Positions 41,523 to 58,573 of a stretch of DNA of 64,000 nt are shown here, piece by piece (positions within the stretch are counted from its first letter, which is position 1; every line of letters begins with the position of its first letter). The translations under genes and the position numbers were made by a program. Source of the DNA: Dictyostelium discoideum (lineage: Eukaryota); NCBI GenBank assembly GCA_000004695.1, contig CM000151.3, positions 2,240,001-2,304,000 on the forward strand, given 5' to 3'. Below the pieces are notes generated by a model. It did not search any database. It was given only the letters and a program-made list of their open reading frames with translations, and was not told the origin of the DNA.

Positions 41523-41645
41523 TTGTTTAAAATTAAAAACAATAATATAATAAGATAAATAATATCATATATCCATTTTAATTATTACCAGTAATTTTCT
41601 CTTGAAAAAAAAAAGATATTAATTTTTTTTTTTTATTAAAGGGTG

Positions 41646-41677
<32 letters not shown>

Positions 41678-42061
41678 AAAACAAAATTAAAAAATCAAAA
41701 TGTAAGAATGTTATCCCATAATATATATATATTGTTCGAGAAAATTTTTAAAAAAATATCTTTTATTAATTTTTATTCGAAGGGTGTTCTTTTTTTTTGT
41801 GAATAGTTAAATTGTCACCACTAAATTTTCAAAAATAGAAATTTCAAAAATATCTATTTTTTAAAATTTAATGTGGTGATTGTATCGATTATATTATGTG
41901 TCAGAAGCTTTTTGTAAGGTTGCACAAATTTTATTTATTAAAACTGGTGTTTATTTTTAAAAAATTATAAATAGAAAATTTTTTTTTTTTTATTTTCATT
42001 AAAACAAAAAATTATTAATTAAACAAAACAAACAAACAAAAAACTAAACTAAATATTTGAA

Positions 42062-42845
42062 ATGTCAACATCATCAGTCCCAAGTTTAACTTATTTCCAA
42101 GGGTAAATTTTAAAATTATATAAAAATAGAGTAAAAATAAAAATAAAAATAAAAATAAAAATAAAAATAAAATAAATTATTAATTATTATTATTTTAAAA
42201 AATTATAGTCGTGGATTAGGTCAATTCTCTCGTGTTTTATTAAGTTATCTTGGAATTCCATATGAAAATATTACAGTTACTGAAATTTCAGATGCCCTTC
42301 GTGCAACTCTTCCATATGGTCAATTACCAATTTATCGTGATGGTGATTTTGTTCTTACACAATCATCTACCATTGCAAGATACATTGCCAAAAAACACAA
42401 CTTTATGGGTAAAAATCTTGAAGAAGAATTTTTAGTTGATCAAATTGTTACTGCAATTCACGCTGATATTTTCCCAGCTTTTAATAATCCAGTTGTAAGT
42501 TTTTTTTTTTTTTTTTTTTTTATTAAAAAAAATAAATATTAATACTAACAAATAAAACTATTCAAAATTTTTTAGCCAGAAAAACTCCAAAAACTTTATG
42601 AAAAATACTTTGGTTCATTTGAAAAGAAATTACAAGAAACTGGATTCTTAGTTGGATCATCAGTTACATTAGCTGATTTATATGTTTATGTTGGTTTTGA
42701 TTACATTAGATTCAGAGGGGAAGCAGCCTTATCCAGTGAATTATCAGATGAAAAGTATCCAAAAATCGCTGAATTAAAGAAATTTTTTGAATCAAATGAA
42801 GGTGTAGCAAAATATATTAAAGAAAGACCAGAAACTAAATTTTAA
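42062..42845 (+). CDS. Glutathione S-transferase (sigma/alpha-like); exons 42062..42102, 42209..42494, 42576..42845
   Basis: No exon here forms a long ATG-initiated ORF, so the gene is missing from the track. Exon 1 is MSTSSVPSLTYFQ+GG, donor GTAAAT. Exon 2 follows attatag and reads GRGLGQFSRVLLSYLGIPYENITVTEISDALRATLPYGQLPIYRDGDFVLTQSSTIARYIAKKHNFMGKNLEEEFLVDQIVTAIHADIFPAFNNPV. This is the GST N-terminal thioredoxin-like fold with the cis-Pro region (QLPIY) and a Gln-Ser G-site. The donor is GTAAGT. Exon 3 follows tttttag and reads PEKLQKLYEKYFGSFEKKLQETGFLVGSSVTLADLYVYVGFDYIRF.... Confidence 0.7.
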
Positions 42846-42860
42846 ACTGTTTTCATCACC

Positions 42861-42892
<32 letters not shown>

Positions 42893-43022
42893 TAATTTTA
42901 AATTATTATTATTTTTTAAATAAATAAATAAATAAATTTATATATATTATATTTTAAATTTTTTTTTTTTTTTATATATTTTATATTTTATATTTTATAT
43001 TTTATATTTTATTTTAAAAAAT

Positions 43023-44051
43023 TTATTTTTGTTGTTGGTCAACCAAATTCTTTTCTAATAAAATTTTAATACCATCAGCATATTGAAAAGATTCAGTATT
43101 ATTAAAATATTCAGTTACATCTAAAGCTACAGCACAAGATTCACTAACGATTGGTTCTTTATCTTGTAATAATTTCTCTAATAATGGGATAGTTTCAGTT
43201 GAAGCGATTGCGCCCAAAGCTTCAGCAGCTTCATGACGTACCATTGCATTTTCAGATTCATCTAAAACACAAGTTGTTAATGGATCAATAGCTACACGAT
43301 GTTGTAATTGACCTAAAACAAAGGCAACCTCATGTCTGAGTAAAGCTGAAGATTGATCTTTTAAACCATCGCATAAGGCGAGAACAGATTGTTCATCACC
43401 AATATCACGTAATGAAAATAATGCTCTATAACGATTGAAAATATCTAAATTTGAATCTAAAAATTTTGATCTTAATTCGTCTCTGCTAACAGATCCTTTT
43501 TTAAGTGGTGGAGCTGGGTCTACTGACATATACATTTTATCCTCTTCTGTTTCTGGTTTATTCTTTTCATACCATTCAACTCTTGATAATGCCAATTGAC
43601 AAGTTTCACTAACCTCTCTAACTGGATCATTTGAATACTCTTTCAATGTTTTATGAGCACTTTCACTACCAATTGCTCCTAATGCCTCTGCTGCTTCATG
43701 ACGTACCATTGGATGTTCATCACTATTCTTTACTAAATCAATTAAAACTTTTAATGCATATTCATCTTCCATTTGTCCTAAACAATATGCAATTTCATGT
43801 CTTAATAATGCTGATTTATCATTTAATGCTAAAAATTATAATTAATTAATTAAATTAATATTAATATTAATATTATTTATTCATTTATTTATATTTAATA
43901 AAACCTTACCACTAGCCATAGCATCAATACATAATGGTCCATTTAAATTTCTTAATGTAAATAATGATCTAAATCTTTTAGCAATTGGTTGTGAAACATC
44001 TGTTAATGTTTCTTTTAATCCATTTACAATTTCTTCAGTAACAACAACCAT
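43023..44051 (-). CDS. Deoxyhypusine hydroxylase (DOHH); exons (minus) 44051..43910 and 43828..43023
   Basis: Exon 1 is MVVVTEEIVNGLKETLTDVSQPIAKRFRSLFTLRNLNGPLCIDAMAS+G, donor GTAAGG. Exon 2 follows ttttag in phase 1 and is in frame with track ORF 43023..43772. The HEAT-like His-Glu metal-binding pairs are present: LLRHEIAYCLGQ, MVRHEAAEALGAIG (twice) and LLRHEVAFVLGQ. Confidence 0.85.
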
Positions 44052-44316
44052 GGTTATTTATTTATATATATTTTTAGATTGATTAAAAGAGTGTTATTAA
44101 TTTCACAACCCATAAAAAAAAAAAAAAAAAAAAAAAAAAATGGGAAAAATGAGAAAAAAATTGAAAAAAACGAAATAATCGTTTTTTTCAAAACTTTTTT
44201 TTTTTTTTTTCAAAAATATCGGATATGAATAAAATATCTTAATTTTTTTTTTTTATTTTTTTTTTTTTTTTTTATTTATTTATTTATTATTTATTTATTT
44301 ATTTATTTATTTTTAT

Positions 44317-48192
<3,876 letters not shown>

Positions 48193-48540
48193 GTATGTAT
48201 TACTAATTTTTAAAAAATGAATATTTGAAAAAAAAAAAAAAAGTGTTTTGGGAAAAAATGAAATTAAAAAAATGAAAAAAAAATTTTTAAATAGGAAAAA
48301 AAAAAAATTATATCAAAAAAAAAAATTAATTAAAATAATGTATGTGATTTTGGACACGTCTATTTTTATTAATTTTTTAAGTTTTTGTAACCCGTTACAA
48401 AAAAAAAAAAAAAAAAAAGAAAATAACAAAAATAAAAAAGATTGATCTAAGATCAGTGATTATGAATAAAAAAAAAAAAAAAAAAGGATGATCTAAGATC
48501 AGTGATTTTGGGATAAAAAAAAAAAAAAACAATTATTGGG

Positions 48541-49837
48541 TTAATTATTATCATTTTGATATTTTCTTTCTAACATCTCCATAAATTGATCGAATTCATC
48601 TTCAGTCACAGTTGAGAAATCATTTGATGGAATTACATTTAAATTTGTTAAAAGTGATGTTATCTTTCTTTCATTTTCTTCTTTTCTTTCTTTTGCAAAT
48701 AAAAATTCATCCTTTACACGATTATTATTATTATTATTATTATTATTTAAATCTAATAATTGTAATTTTGATGGATGAATTGAAGTTCCAGTATTTTCAG
48801 AATTTGTAGTTGTTGTTGTTGTAGTTGTAGTTGTTGTTGTTGAGGGTAATAATAATTTTTGAGCTGAATCATTTTCTTGTTGCTTTGTATTATTGTTATT
48901 ATTATTTTTCAATATTGATAATTCATTATTAATATTAATTAATTGTTGTTCACAAGAGTTTTCAATGATTAACTTTTCAACGAATACAGGTTTAGTTTGA
49001 CCAATACGATGAGAACGTTTAATTGATTGTTGTTCCTTTGAAGCGAACCAAATTGGATCAACAAAGATGATATGATTTGCAGCGGTAATATTTAAACCAT
49101 ATGCAGCCAAATCTGAATTCATAATGATAATATTAAATTCTGAATCTTTAGTTTGAAAATCCGATACGATATTAGCTCTCTGTTTCAAAGTTAACTCTGT
49201 CATATAAATTTTATAAACTCTTGATAACTCTGGTATCCTACTAACTGTCCAAACTATGTCCTTTAAAGTATCATTGAATGCACTAAAAACTATACACTTT
49301 TCACCGATTTCAACAATTTCTTTTAATCTCATTATTAAATATTCTAATTTTGCACAATCAATTAATTTTGGTTCTTTATAAATTTCAACTTGTAAATTAT
49401 TTTGATTATTTTGATTATTTTGATTATTTTGATTAATATCTTCAGTATTCATTTGATCTTGATCTTGTTGTCCATCTTGTAATTGTTGTTCTTGTTGTTC
49501 TTTTCTTTCTCTTTCTTTAGCTAACCTTTCTTCTTTTTCAACTTGTTCTTCTTCTAATCTTTTTCTTTCTTTTTCTTCTTCTTCCTCTGTTAGTTTAAAT
49601 TGTACTCTTGGTTTTGATTTTAAAATTGGTGATGTTGTTGGTGATGATGATAATGATGATGATGATGATGATTGTGTATTACTGCAACTAGTAGAAGTGG
49701 TTGTTGTTGTTGAAGATACTAAAGTTCTTAATTTTGGTAAAGTTGTATCTGAATTTGAAATAGATAATGTTGTTGAATTTTGTTGTATAAAAGGTGTAAT
49801 TTCAGTGGTTAAAGTTGTATTTGAATCATCATCATCA

Positions 49838-49915
<78 letters not shown>

Positions 49916-51297
49916 GTTATGATTGGATCAGGTTTATAAAAATAAAAATTTGAAAAATCAAAAGTTTCAAATTTAAAATTATTTTGATTATTATTATTTT
50001 GATTATTATTATTATTATTAGTTTGTTGTGAAATTGATAATTTTAAACTAACCAATTCATAATATTTATAAATTTGTAATAATTTTAATTTATCAGATCT
50101 TGGTATAATTTGATCAGATTTTAATAAAGCAGTTTCAATATTTTCACGAACATCTTTTCTTTCTTTTTCTTTTAAAGGTTGACAATTGAAACAAGCTTTT
50201 CTTAAATTTGTAAATGCTTGTAATGCCAATGGCTGATTATCGGCATGAGTGAATGAATCCTTGCCAGTGTATTGTGATGCTAAAAGATTCACTTGAATTA
50301 GTGTTACCAATTCATTGTATTTCAATTTCTCATTATCATTCATCTCCAATTGAACCACTTTAACAGACAATGGAGGTAAATCAATTTGTTCTTGAATTTC
50401 ATTATGAGGAGTTTTCACTGCTATTCGATTCATAATCTCACAAATTCTTTCAATACCTTGAATTTTGAAATTATTAACTGGATTTGAAATCAATGCATTA
50501 AAATAACCAACAGATTGATTAAATGGTTGAATTGAAAGAAAACTACAAATTGATTTAAAATTAATTAATTCAGTTTGTAATACTGAACTTGAAATTGGTG
50601 TACCACTACAAACCCATTTCCTCTCTGACATTAACCATGAACTATTATCTGATAAATTAGTATTACCATTACCAATTACATGACCTTCATCAATTATAAT
50701 TCTTAACCAATTAATTTGAAATATTGATTTAATTGAAATATCAATAAATTCACTATCTTCACCACTATTATTACCACTACCACTACCACTATTACTTGCA
50801 CCAGCACCAGCACCAACATATTGGTCATTATCAATTGAAGAATATTCATCATCATTATCATTGAATAAAGTTGTTGGATTAAATTGTTTTAAATTACTTA
50901 ATCTCCAATTTGTAATTAATACAACATCATATTTGATTAATTCTGATGGTGGTGGTATTAATTTATCAGTATTTTCAATAACTAAATATTTGATTTTACT
51001 ATGTAACATAATTTCAAATTGCCATTGCTTTATGATTTGATTTGGTACAATTAATAATGTACCAGATGAACAAATTAAATTTCTAAATTTAATGATTGAA
51101 CTTGACTTTGTTGTAATTCTTCTCTCTGCTGATGATTGTCTAATCAATTGAAATCTTGTATTTGCCAATTGATCAATATCATCTCTAATAGATTGTGGTA
51201 TTCTATAATCTGATCCAAATGGGTATCCACTAATTTTTAATTTTCTCTTTAAAATTGAGTATAGTGATGGTATTTTTGTTGTCTTTGTTATTGTCAT

Positions 51298-51330
<33 letters not shown>

Positions 51331-52140
51331 TGTTGTAACTATTGGATTCAATGGTGGATAAATTGGATTACTAACTGGTGATTTAGATTGTGATCCTAAT
51401 GTACTCAATATCAATGCTATACAAATTATAGTTTTACCTGTACCCATACCTTGACATAAAATTCCACCTCTAACATCGTCACATTTTGGAAATTCTTCCA
51501 TACTTTTAATTTTCATTCTTTTCTTATCAATTACATTTTCAATTTCAATTTCTTTTTCAATATTATTATCATCATTATCATTATTATTATTGATAACTGT
51601 CCAAAGTGGATTTGGAAATTGTTTTGGACAAGTTTCACGTTCTAACATTTTTCTAACTGATAATTTTTGAAATTTAAATAATTTCTTTGACTCATGTAAA
51701 AAGTAAGGATCTTGAATTAATCTAATTTCATCATCAGTTGTACCTTCACCTGGTGATGGTATTTGATCTAAAATATATTCAAAACTATATTTACCCTTTT
51801 CATTATCTGGTACACCTTCAAATTTTTGTTTTTCAAATTTTAATCTTTTCTCTTTATTTAATACTTTTTTAGTTTTTTTACTTGGTTTCTCTTCTCTAGT
51901 TTTCTTTACTTTTACTATTGATAATTGTTTTGATGCTGCTGATGATTCTGATGATTCTGATGATTCTGGTTGTTGTAATTGTATTTGTATTTGTGTTTGT
52001 GATTGTGGTTGTGGTTGTTGTTGCTGTTGCTGTGTTTGTGGTGGCGGTGGTTGTTGTGGTTGTGGTTGTTGCTGTGTTTGTGGTGGTGTTTCAGTATTTG
52101 TTGTTTTCATTTTTTTTGTTCTTTTTTGTTGTGGTTGTGG

Positions 52141-52232
<92 letters not shown>

Positions 52233-52967
52233 GAATATCATATTCTTCCTGCTCGACCTCCTCGATCTCCTCTTCATGATTGTCATGTGATGGTGGTAAT
52301 AATAATAATTGTTGTTGTTGTCTTGGTAATGGTAATGATGATTTTGTTTTAAAAATTTGATTAGAATAATTTTGTTTTCTTTTTTTATGACTTGATAATG
52401 CTTTTTTTAAAGTATCAACATCATTATTAACTTTATCAATCATTAAACTACTAATTCTTTGTACTATAGATTTATCTGAAACAATAATAGACTGTTCATC
52501 AACTGTTATACCATCATCCAATATCTTTCTAATATTCCAAATTTGAAATATCATTCTAACTCTATTTATATATTCTAATAATGTCATTTTATTATTATTA
52601 TCATCATTATCATTATCATCTTCATCATTTTTATTATTATTATTATTATTATTGTTGTTTATTTGATTTTTAATTTCATTTAATAATGTAAATAAATCAT
52701 TCTCAATTTTAACTTTAATAGTTTCAGTTTCTTCCAATATTGTTGTTATTAAAGTTGGTGGTGTAACACCTATATCTTCATTGATAGAGTCATTCTCTTG
52801 ATTGAATAAACAAAGGTAATCTCTGGTGTTTGAAAATTTAAATGGACAATTTGGTTGATTTAAAAAATATATTGGTACTCTAATAGTATCATATAGAAAT
52901 ATATATGATTCAGGATAGGTCATCAACGATTCATGATATTTTAATAAAACTTCTGTTACTGAATTAC

Positions 52968-53048
<81 letters not shown>

Positions 53049-53097
53049 TATTACTATTATTATTACTATTACTATTATTATTATCAGTATAATCCAT
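48541..53097 (-). CDS. SNF2-family DEAD/H-box ATPase (large, low-complexity-rich), single exon
   Basis: Track ORF 48541..53133 begins at a GTG. The first ATG in frame is at 53097 (MDYTDNNN...). Helicase motifs seen: I GILCQGMGTGKTIICIALI; II LRIIIDEGHVIGNGN (DEGH); and the C-terminal HELICc block (EKCIVFSAFNDTLKDI...NIIIMNSDLAAYGLNITAANHIIFVDPIWFASKEQQSIKRSHRIGQTKPVFVEKLII). It carries long poly-Gln, poly-Asn and poly-Asp tracts. Confidence 0.8.
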
Positions 53098-53391
53098 TTT
53101 TTCTATATAGTTTTTTTTTAAATATAAACACACAAAGCGATTGGTGTATTAAATGGTGAAAAAAAGAAAGAAAAAAAAAAAAAATTTTAAAAAAAATTAT
53201 AAAAAACAATTTCATTTATTTTTTTTTTTTTTTTTTTTTTTTTTTTGGTGTGTGCTTATTTAAAAAAAAAAAAAATTTCCGAAAATTTTATTTTTAGAAT
53301 AAATAAGTAAAATTTAAATGAAAAAAAAAAAAAAAAAAGGTTTCAGATAATTGTTTATTATTTCTTTCTTTATTTTCCATTAAATTAAATA

Positions 53392-54528
53392 TTAATTTGT
53401 TTCGTTATCTTTTTTAGTAATTTTTTCATCACTATTTTCTTTACAATTTTTTTGATCTTTTTCATTTATTTGGTCATCTCCTTCTTCATCATCATCATCA
53501 TCATCATCATAATCATCATCATCATCATCATCCTCTTCTTCTTCTTCATTATCTTTTAATTTACCATTCTCTTTTTGTTGTAATTGTTTTTTTAATTTTA
53601 ATCTTTTTTTTCTACCCAATTCTTGAAATTTTCTTTTTGGAATAACTTTTTCAAAAGCATCTTTCCAATTACCAACTACTAAAAATTCATTTATAATTTG
53701 AAAGACATGATTTACAGCTAAAACTTTTCTGCTTGCCATTTGAATATATTCACCAATTGGTAATTGAGCATGAGCAATACCTTGTTTTTGAGCTTTCTCA
53801 TAGGTGATACCTTTTAATCTATTATGATCAACGATTGCACCAACGATGTATTTCTTTGATAGGTCTAATTCTTGGATTACATTTGGTGAATCGGAAGTCA
53901 GGTACACCAAATCCGCCTTTTCGAATTTCTCCAAATAAGTCTCTTTATATTGTGTCAACATTTTAAATGGTGATGATTTCTCTAACATTGATTTAATCTC
54001 ATCGGTAACACCAGTTGCGTATAAGTTCATTGGTTTACTTGAGATTTTATTGAAACCATGTAAAAATGTCATTTGAGTGATTAATGATTTCTTTTCCTTT
54101 TCTGACATATGTTGCTCCATTTCGAAATCAAATAAAATGTGGCCCTCTAATGTGCCAACATCGGGTCCTCTCTTTTTCAATTGTTTCACTCTACTTCTCT
54201 CTAACTTCTCTTCAGATGTCATTGTCTCTTTTCTCTTTTTTAAATTTTCTTTCTTTTTCTCTCTCATATATTGTTTCTTTTGATCTTTATATTGTTCCCA
54301 TTTTGCTGTTTTAAGTAATCTTTTTTTTTGATTCTTTGATAATACTTCCTCTTCTTTATTTTCTAATGTTACTGTTGTTGTTGTTTCTGAATCTGTTGTG
54401 GTGGTAGTGGTAGTGGTGGTGTTTTTATTTTCATCTATATCTTTATTTGTATCTCTATTTATATCTATATTGTCATTATTTTTATTATTATTATTTTCTG
54501 TATTGGTTGATGTTGTAGGTGTCTCCAT
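53392..54528 (-). CDS. tRNA (guanine9-N1)-methyltransferase TRM10 (SPOUT class), single exon
   Basis: Track ORF with an ATG start. The C-terminal region LVYLTSDSPNVIQELDLSKKYIVGAIVDHNRLKGITYEKAQKQGIAHAQLPIGEYIQMASRKVLAVNHVFQIINEF is colinear with the conserved TRM10/TRMT10 catalytic domain (recalled from memory). It has a basic N-terminal tRNA-binding region (KNQKKRLLKTAKWEQYKDQKKQYMREKKK) and an acidic tail. Confidence 0.85.
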   Translation of the reverse strand: METPTTSTNTENNNNKNNDNIDINRDTNKDIDENKNTTTTTTTTTDSETTTTVTLENKEEEVLSKNQKKRLLKTAKWEQYKDQKKQYMREKKKENLKKRKETMTSEEKLERSRVKQLKKRGPDVGTLEGHILFDFEMEQHMSEKEKKSLITQMTFLHGFNKISSKPMNLYATGVTDEIKSMLEKSSPFKMLTQYKETYLEKFEKADLVYLTSDSPNVIQELDLSKKYIVGAIVDHNRLKGITYEKAQKQGIAHAQLPIGEYIQMASRKVLAVNHVFQIINEFLVVGNWKDAFEKVIPKRKFQELGRKKRLKLKKQLQQKENGKLKDNEEEEEDDDDDDDYDDDDDDDEEGDDQINEKDQKNCKENSDEKITKKDNETN

Positions 54529-54732
54529 TTTTTTTATTTAAACACACAGTCTTAAATTAAAGGAATGAAAAAAAAATGAAAAAAAAAAAAAAAACAGTCG
54601 TTTTTTTGAAAATTATTTTTATTTTTATTTTTATTTTTATTTTTATTTTTTTTATTTTTGATTAAATTTCATATTTACACATTATTTTATTATAATTTTA
54701 TTTTATTGTTTTTTTTTTTTTTTTACATGTAG

Positions 54733-55182
54733 TTATTTTTTTTCATTTCTTAATTTTAAGATGATTTCATTTTGAATTTGAATTTCTTTTTCTAATTTTT
54801 CAATTTTTTCTTTTAGGAAAATATTTTCTTCTTCCAATTCCACCGATTTTGTAAAATAATCACCTTGCTTTAATAAAAATGCATTTTGTTTTTCAATTTC
54901 ATCTCTTGTTACAAATCTTTTAAATAAATCATCATCTTTCTATTAATTTTATTTATATATATATTTTATTAATGTGAGTTTTTATTATCATTAAAAATGT
55001 TTTAAAAAATAAAAAATAAAAAAATAAAAAATAATAATAATTCATACATCTAATAAACTAATACCTTGATCAGAGACACCAAAATTTTTCAATGATTTTT
55101 TAAAATCACTAGTGAAACTAGTTTCTGATTCTGTCGGTTTAGACATTACATCTTGTATTGATATATTGTTTTGATTTTCCAT
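54733..55182 (-). CDS. Small hypothetical coiled-coil protein (~105 aa); exons (minus) 55182..55065 and 54935..54733
   Basis: This gene is not in the ORF track. Exon 1 is MENQNNISIQDVMSKPTESETSFTSDFKKSLKNFGVSDQ+G, donor GTATTA. Exon 2 follows aatagaaag (second AG, 54937-54936) and reads DDDLFKRFVTRDEIEKQNAFLLKQGDYFTKSVELEEENIFLKEKIEKLEKEIQIQNEIILKLRNEKK*. Phases are consistent. Confidence 0.45.
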
Positions 55183-55223
55183 TTTATTATATCTCTCTTT
55201 GTAATGATTTTTATGAATTTTTG

Positions 55224-55264
<41 letters not shown>

Positions 55265-55734
55265 ATTTGTTCAAATTTTTTTTTTTTTTTTTTTTTTATT
55301 TATTTTTTTATTTTTATATACCTTGTTTTTGCAAGGTGTTTTGGTGTGGTGTTTTTATTTATTAATATAATTTGAAAAAATTAAAATATTAAATAGTGGA
55401 TGTTTTAAAAACAACTCCAACTATTTTTTGTTTTTTTTTTTTTTTTATTTGAACTAAAATTGACTAATAATTTTTATTTTTATTTTTAGTTTTTTTAATT
55501 TTTTTTTTTTTTTTTGAAGATCTTGCCAATCAATCAATCAATTTTTGAAAGTATAAGAATATTTTTCAAATAATTATCCTAAAAAATAATAATTATGTGT
55601 TGATTTGCCAAATTTTTTTTTTTTTGTTTGGCAAAATTTTTTTTATTTTTTTTATTTTTTTCTATTTTTTTTTAATAAATTCACTCGTTTTTTTAAATCA
55701 TTTTTTATTTTTCAATTTGCGCAAAATACCAAAT

Positions 55735-56955
55735 ATGTCAGAATTTCAAAATCCATTAAGTGAAAGTGAATTTAGAGAATTAGAAAGTTTATTAAAAACT
55801 GGAGACCCATATAAAGTTTTAGAATCAACAATTCAAGATGATAAAAAGAAAATTGAAAAAAAGTATAATGAATTAGTTAGTGAAGAAACTAAAACTACAA
55901 AAGAGATAGAAGCCATTGAAAATGCATTCAAAATATTAGGTACTGAAAAATATAGAAATGCCTATGACGAATATTTAGCCAGAGCCGATATCCAAGAAAA
56001 GAAATTAGCTGAATCATTAAAAAATGTTAAAACTGGATTATTATCAAGCCTTTGTAGATTATTAGCAACTCCATTCCAAAATGTATCAATTTTAGCAAAT
56101 TCACCATTCACACTAACTATTAAAGATACCAATGAAATGGTTAAAGTACTCTATTCACTCAAAGGTGTTAGAGGATTCTACCGTGGTTTCATATTCAACA
56201 TTTCAACCATTTCTATTGAATTCTTAAGAGTGATTTTATTAGGACTCTCTAAAAAACTCATTGATGGTAGTACCACCAAAGGAAAAAATCAAGAAGATAA
56301 CGACGAACCAGTATTATTATTCATTGATAAACTCACTCATTTACTCACAGCATATCCAGTTAAAATGATAATGGATTGTTTAATTCTATCACCATTATCA
56401 ATGGGTGTTGCAGATGTTATTAAATCATTTATTAATAGAAATGGTGTTTCAGAACTCACCAAAGTATCATTTAGATCTAATAGTATCTTTGACTCATTCT
56501 CATTAAGTAATTTATATTATGGTGCAATTTATGTAATTCCATTAATGATTGCATCTCAACAAATTAGAAAATTTGTAAATTTTTCAACATTGAAATTAAA
56601 GAATTACGTTGAAGAAAGACAAGACACCATTAATCCATTCATAAAGTATTCATCTTATTTACTTACAAATGTTATATCAACATCAATCATTAAATCAGCC
56701 TTAACTGCACCACTCTATGTCTTGTCATCCTGTTATCCAAGTCAATTAATCTCTTCATATATTCAAGGTGTTGAAGTGCCAGCTGCAATAAATCCAATCA
56801 CTTTAGCAATTCAACTTTATCATCATAATGGTTTATCTTACTTTTATAAAGGTATAGTTCCACTCACTGGTTTTAGAATATTTGAAAGTTTAGCTCGTAT
56901 TTGTAATCCTGCTCCAATTGATACTTATTTTGTTTCTGAAGTTGTTTTTGAATAA
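55735..56955 (+). CDS. Hypothetical membrane protein with N-terminal J-like domain (no HPD) and mitochondrial-carrier-like segments, single exon
   Basis: Track ORF 55597..56955; the realistic ATG is at 55735 (MSEFQNPLSESEFRELESLLKTGDPYKVLESTIQDDKKKIEKKYNELVSEETK...AFKILGTEKYRNAYDEY). The N-terminal helices resemble a J domain but lack the His-Pro-Asp tripeptide. Downstream, GVRGFYRGFIFN and several hydrophobic segments recall mitochondrial carrier repeats. This assignment is tentative. Confidence 0.45.
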   Translation: MSEFQNPLSESEFRELESLLKTGDPYKVLESTIQDDKKKIEKKYNELVSEETKTTKEIEAIENAFKILGTEKYRNAYDEYLARADIQEKKLAESLKNVKTGLLSSLCRLLATPFQNVSILANSPFTLTIKDTNEMVKVLYSLKGVRGFYRGFIFNISTISIEFLRVILLGLSKKLIDGSTTKGKNQEDNDEPVLLFIDKLTHLLTAYPVKMIMDCLILSPLSMGVADVIKSFINRNGVSELTKVSFRSNSIFDSFSLSNLYYGAIYVIPLMIASQQIRKFVNFSTLKLKNYVEERQDTINPFIKYSSYLLTNVISTSIIKSALTAPLYVLSSCYPSQLISSYIQGVEVPAAINPITLAIQLYHHNGLSYFYKGIVPLTGFRIFESLARICNPAPIDTYFVSEVVFE

Positions 56956-57188
56956 ATAAAAAAATTATTAATCAATTAAATAAATAAAAAGATGGAGAAA
57001 ACATTTTTTTTTTTTTTTTTTTTTTTCTAAATATAATATATATATAAATACAATATTTTTTTTTTTTTTTTTTTTTTTTATTTTTTATTTATTTATTTAT
57101 TATTTTTTTTTTTTTTTTTTTTATAGATATTATTTGATGTTTTTTTTTTTTTTCTTTTTCTTTAAATTTGTTTTTTTTTTTAAATCAA

Positions 57189-58330
57189 TTAGTGATTAAA
57201 TACTTCTTTAATATTTGATAAAAACTTTTTTAAATATATATTGGGATTATTATTAAATTTAATAGTTGTAATTTTCTTTTTATCAGCAACTAATTTTGGT
57301 GGTAAATAAAAATCTGATATAACCATATAATAAATTTCATAATAATCATTATTATTGCTGTTACCACTACTGAAATTTGGTGATAATGGATTTAAAGGAA
57401 TTGGTGGAACTCCATTACCGCTGTTATTATTATTATTATTGCCATTACTATTTGATTCACTAACAGTAAAACAATTTGAAAGATAACCACCTTGATATCT
57501 TTGAGCTAATGGAGTATTTGGAACGTAACCACCACCACTTGGTGAGCATGTCTTTAAACTACCACTACTATTATTCTTTGAATTTATATTTAATCTATTA
57601 TAATTTGGTGACAATGGTGATGGTGTTGATGATGTTGTTGTTGCTGCAGTTGTATTTATTGTTGGTACTGATGATTGAATTGTTGGTGATGTTGGTGCAC
57701 TTACTGACATATTACTACCATTATTATTATTATTGTTATTATTATTATTACCATTCATTGATGCTCTTAATAAACCATGATTAATATGATTTGCATTATT
57801 AGTTGAATTATTATTATTATTATTAATATTATTATTATTATTATTACTATTAATATTATTCCCACTATTTGTTATAATTGGTGGAGTTGAACTTGTTAAA
57901 ACTATTGGTGTATTATCTTCTAAATTTATAACTACATCTTCTAAAGACCAAGATCTTGGTAATGTTGAGAATGCTTTCTTTAAAGATTTTGAAATCTTTA
58001 AATTATTTGATTTAGTTACATTTTCAACATCCTCTAAAAAGTAAAGTAAACGTGGAATTGATTTAATTGGCTCACTTGAATAACGTGGTGATCCTGATGT
58101 TGAACCACCACCACCACCCAATGAAGATGGTGGGGGAGGTATACCACCACTATTACCAAGCAATGGTGAATCTCCACCATTTCCATTTAAAGCTCCTAAA
58201 AAACTATTTACACCTCTTGGTGTTGGTGGCGCACTTGTTATTGAAAAATTACTTAAAGTATCTTCTGAACTACTACTAATTATACCATTATTAAAATTAT
58301 TATTATTATTATTATTATTAATATTATTAC

Positions 58331-58365
<35 letters not shown>

Positions 58366-58490
58366 GCATTATTCATATTATTCGCATTATTTATATTATT
58401 TTCTAAATGATCTTTTCTAATTTTTGTAACACCTATAACTAAATTATATTCCATAAATTCTTGACCTGATAAAAACTATTTAAAAAATAA

Positions 58491-58573
<83 letters not shown>

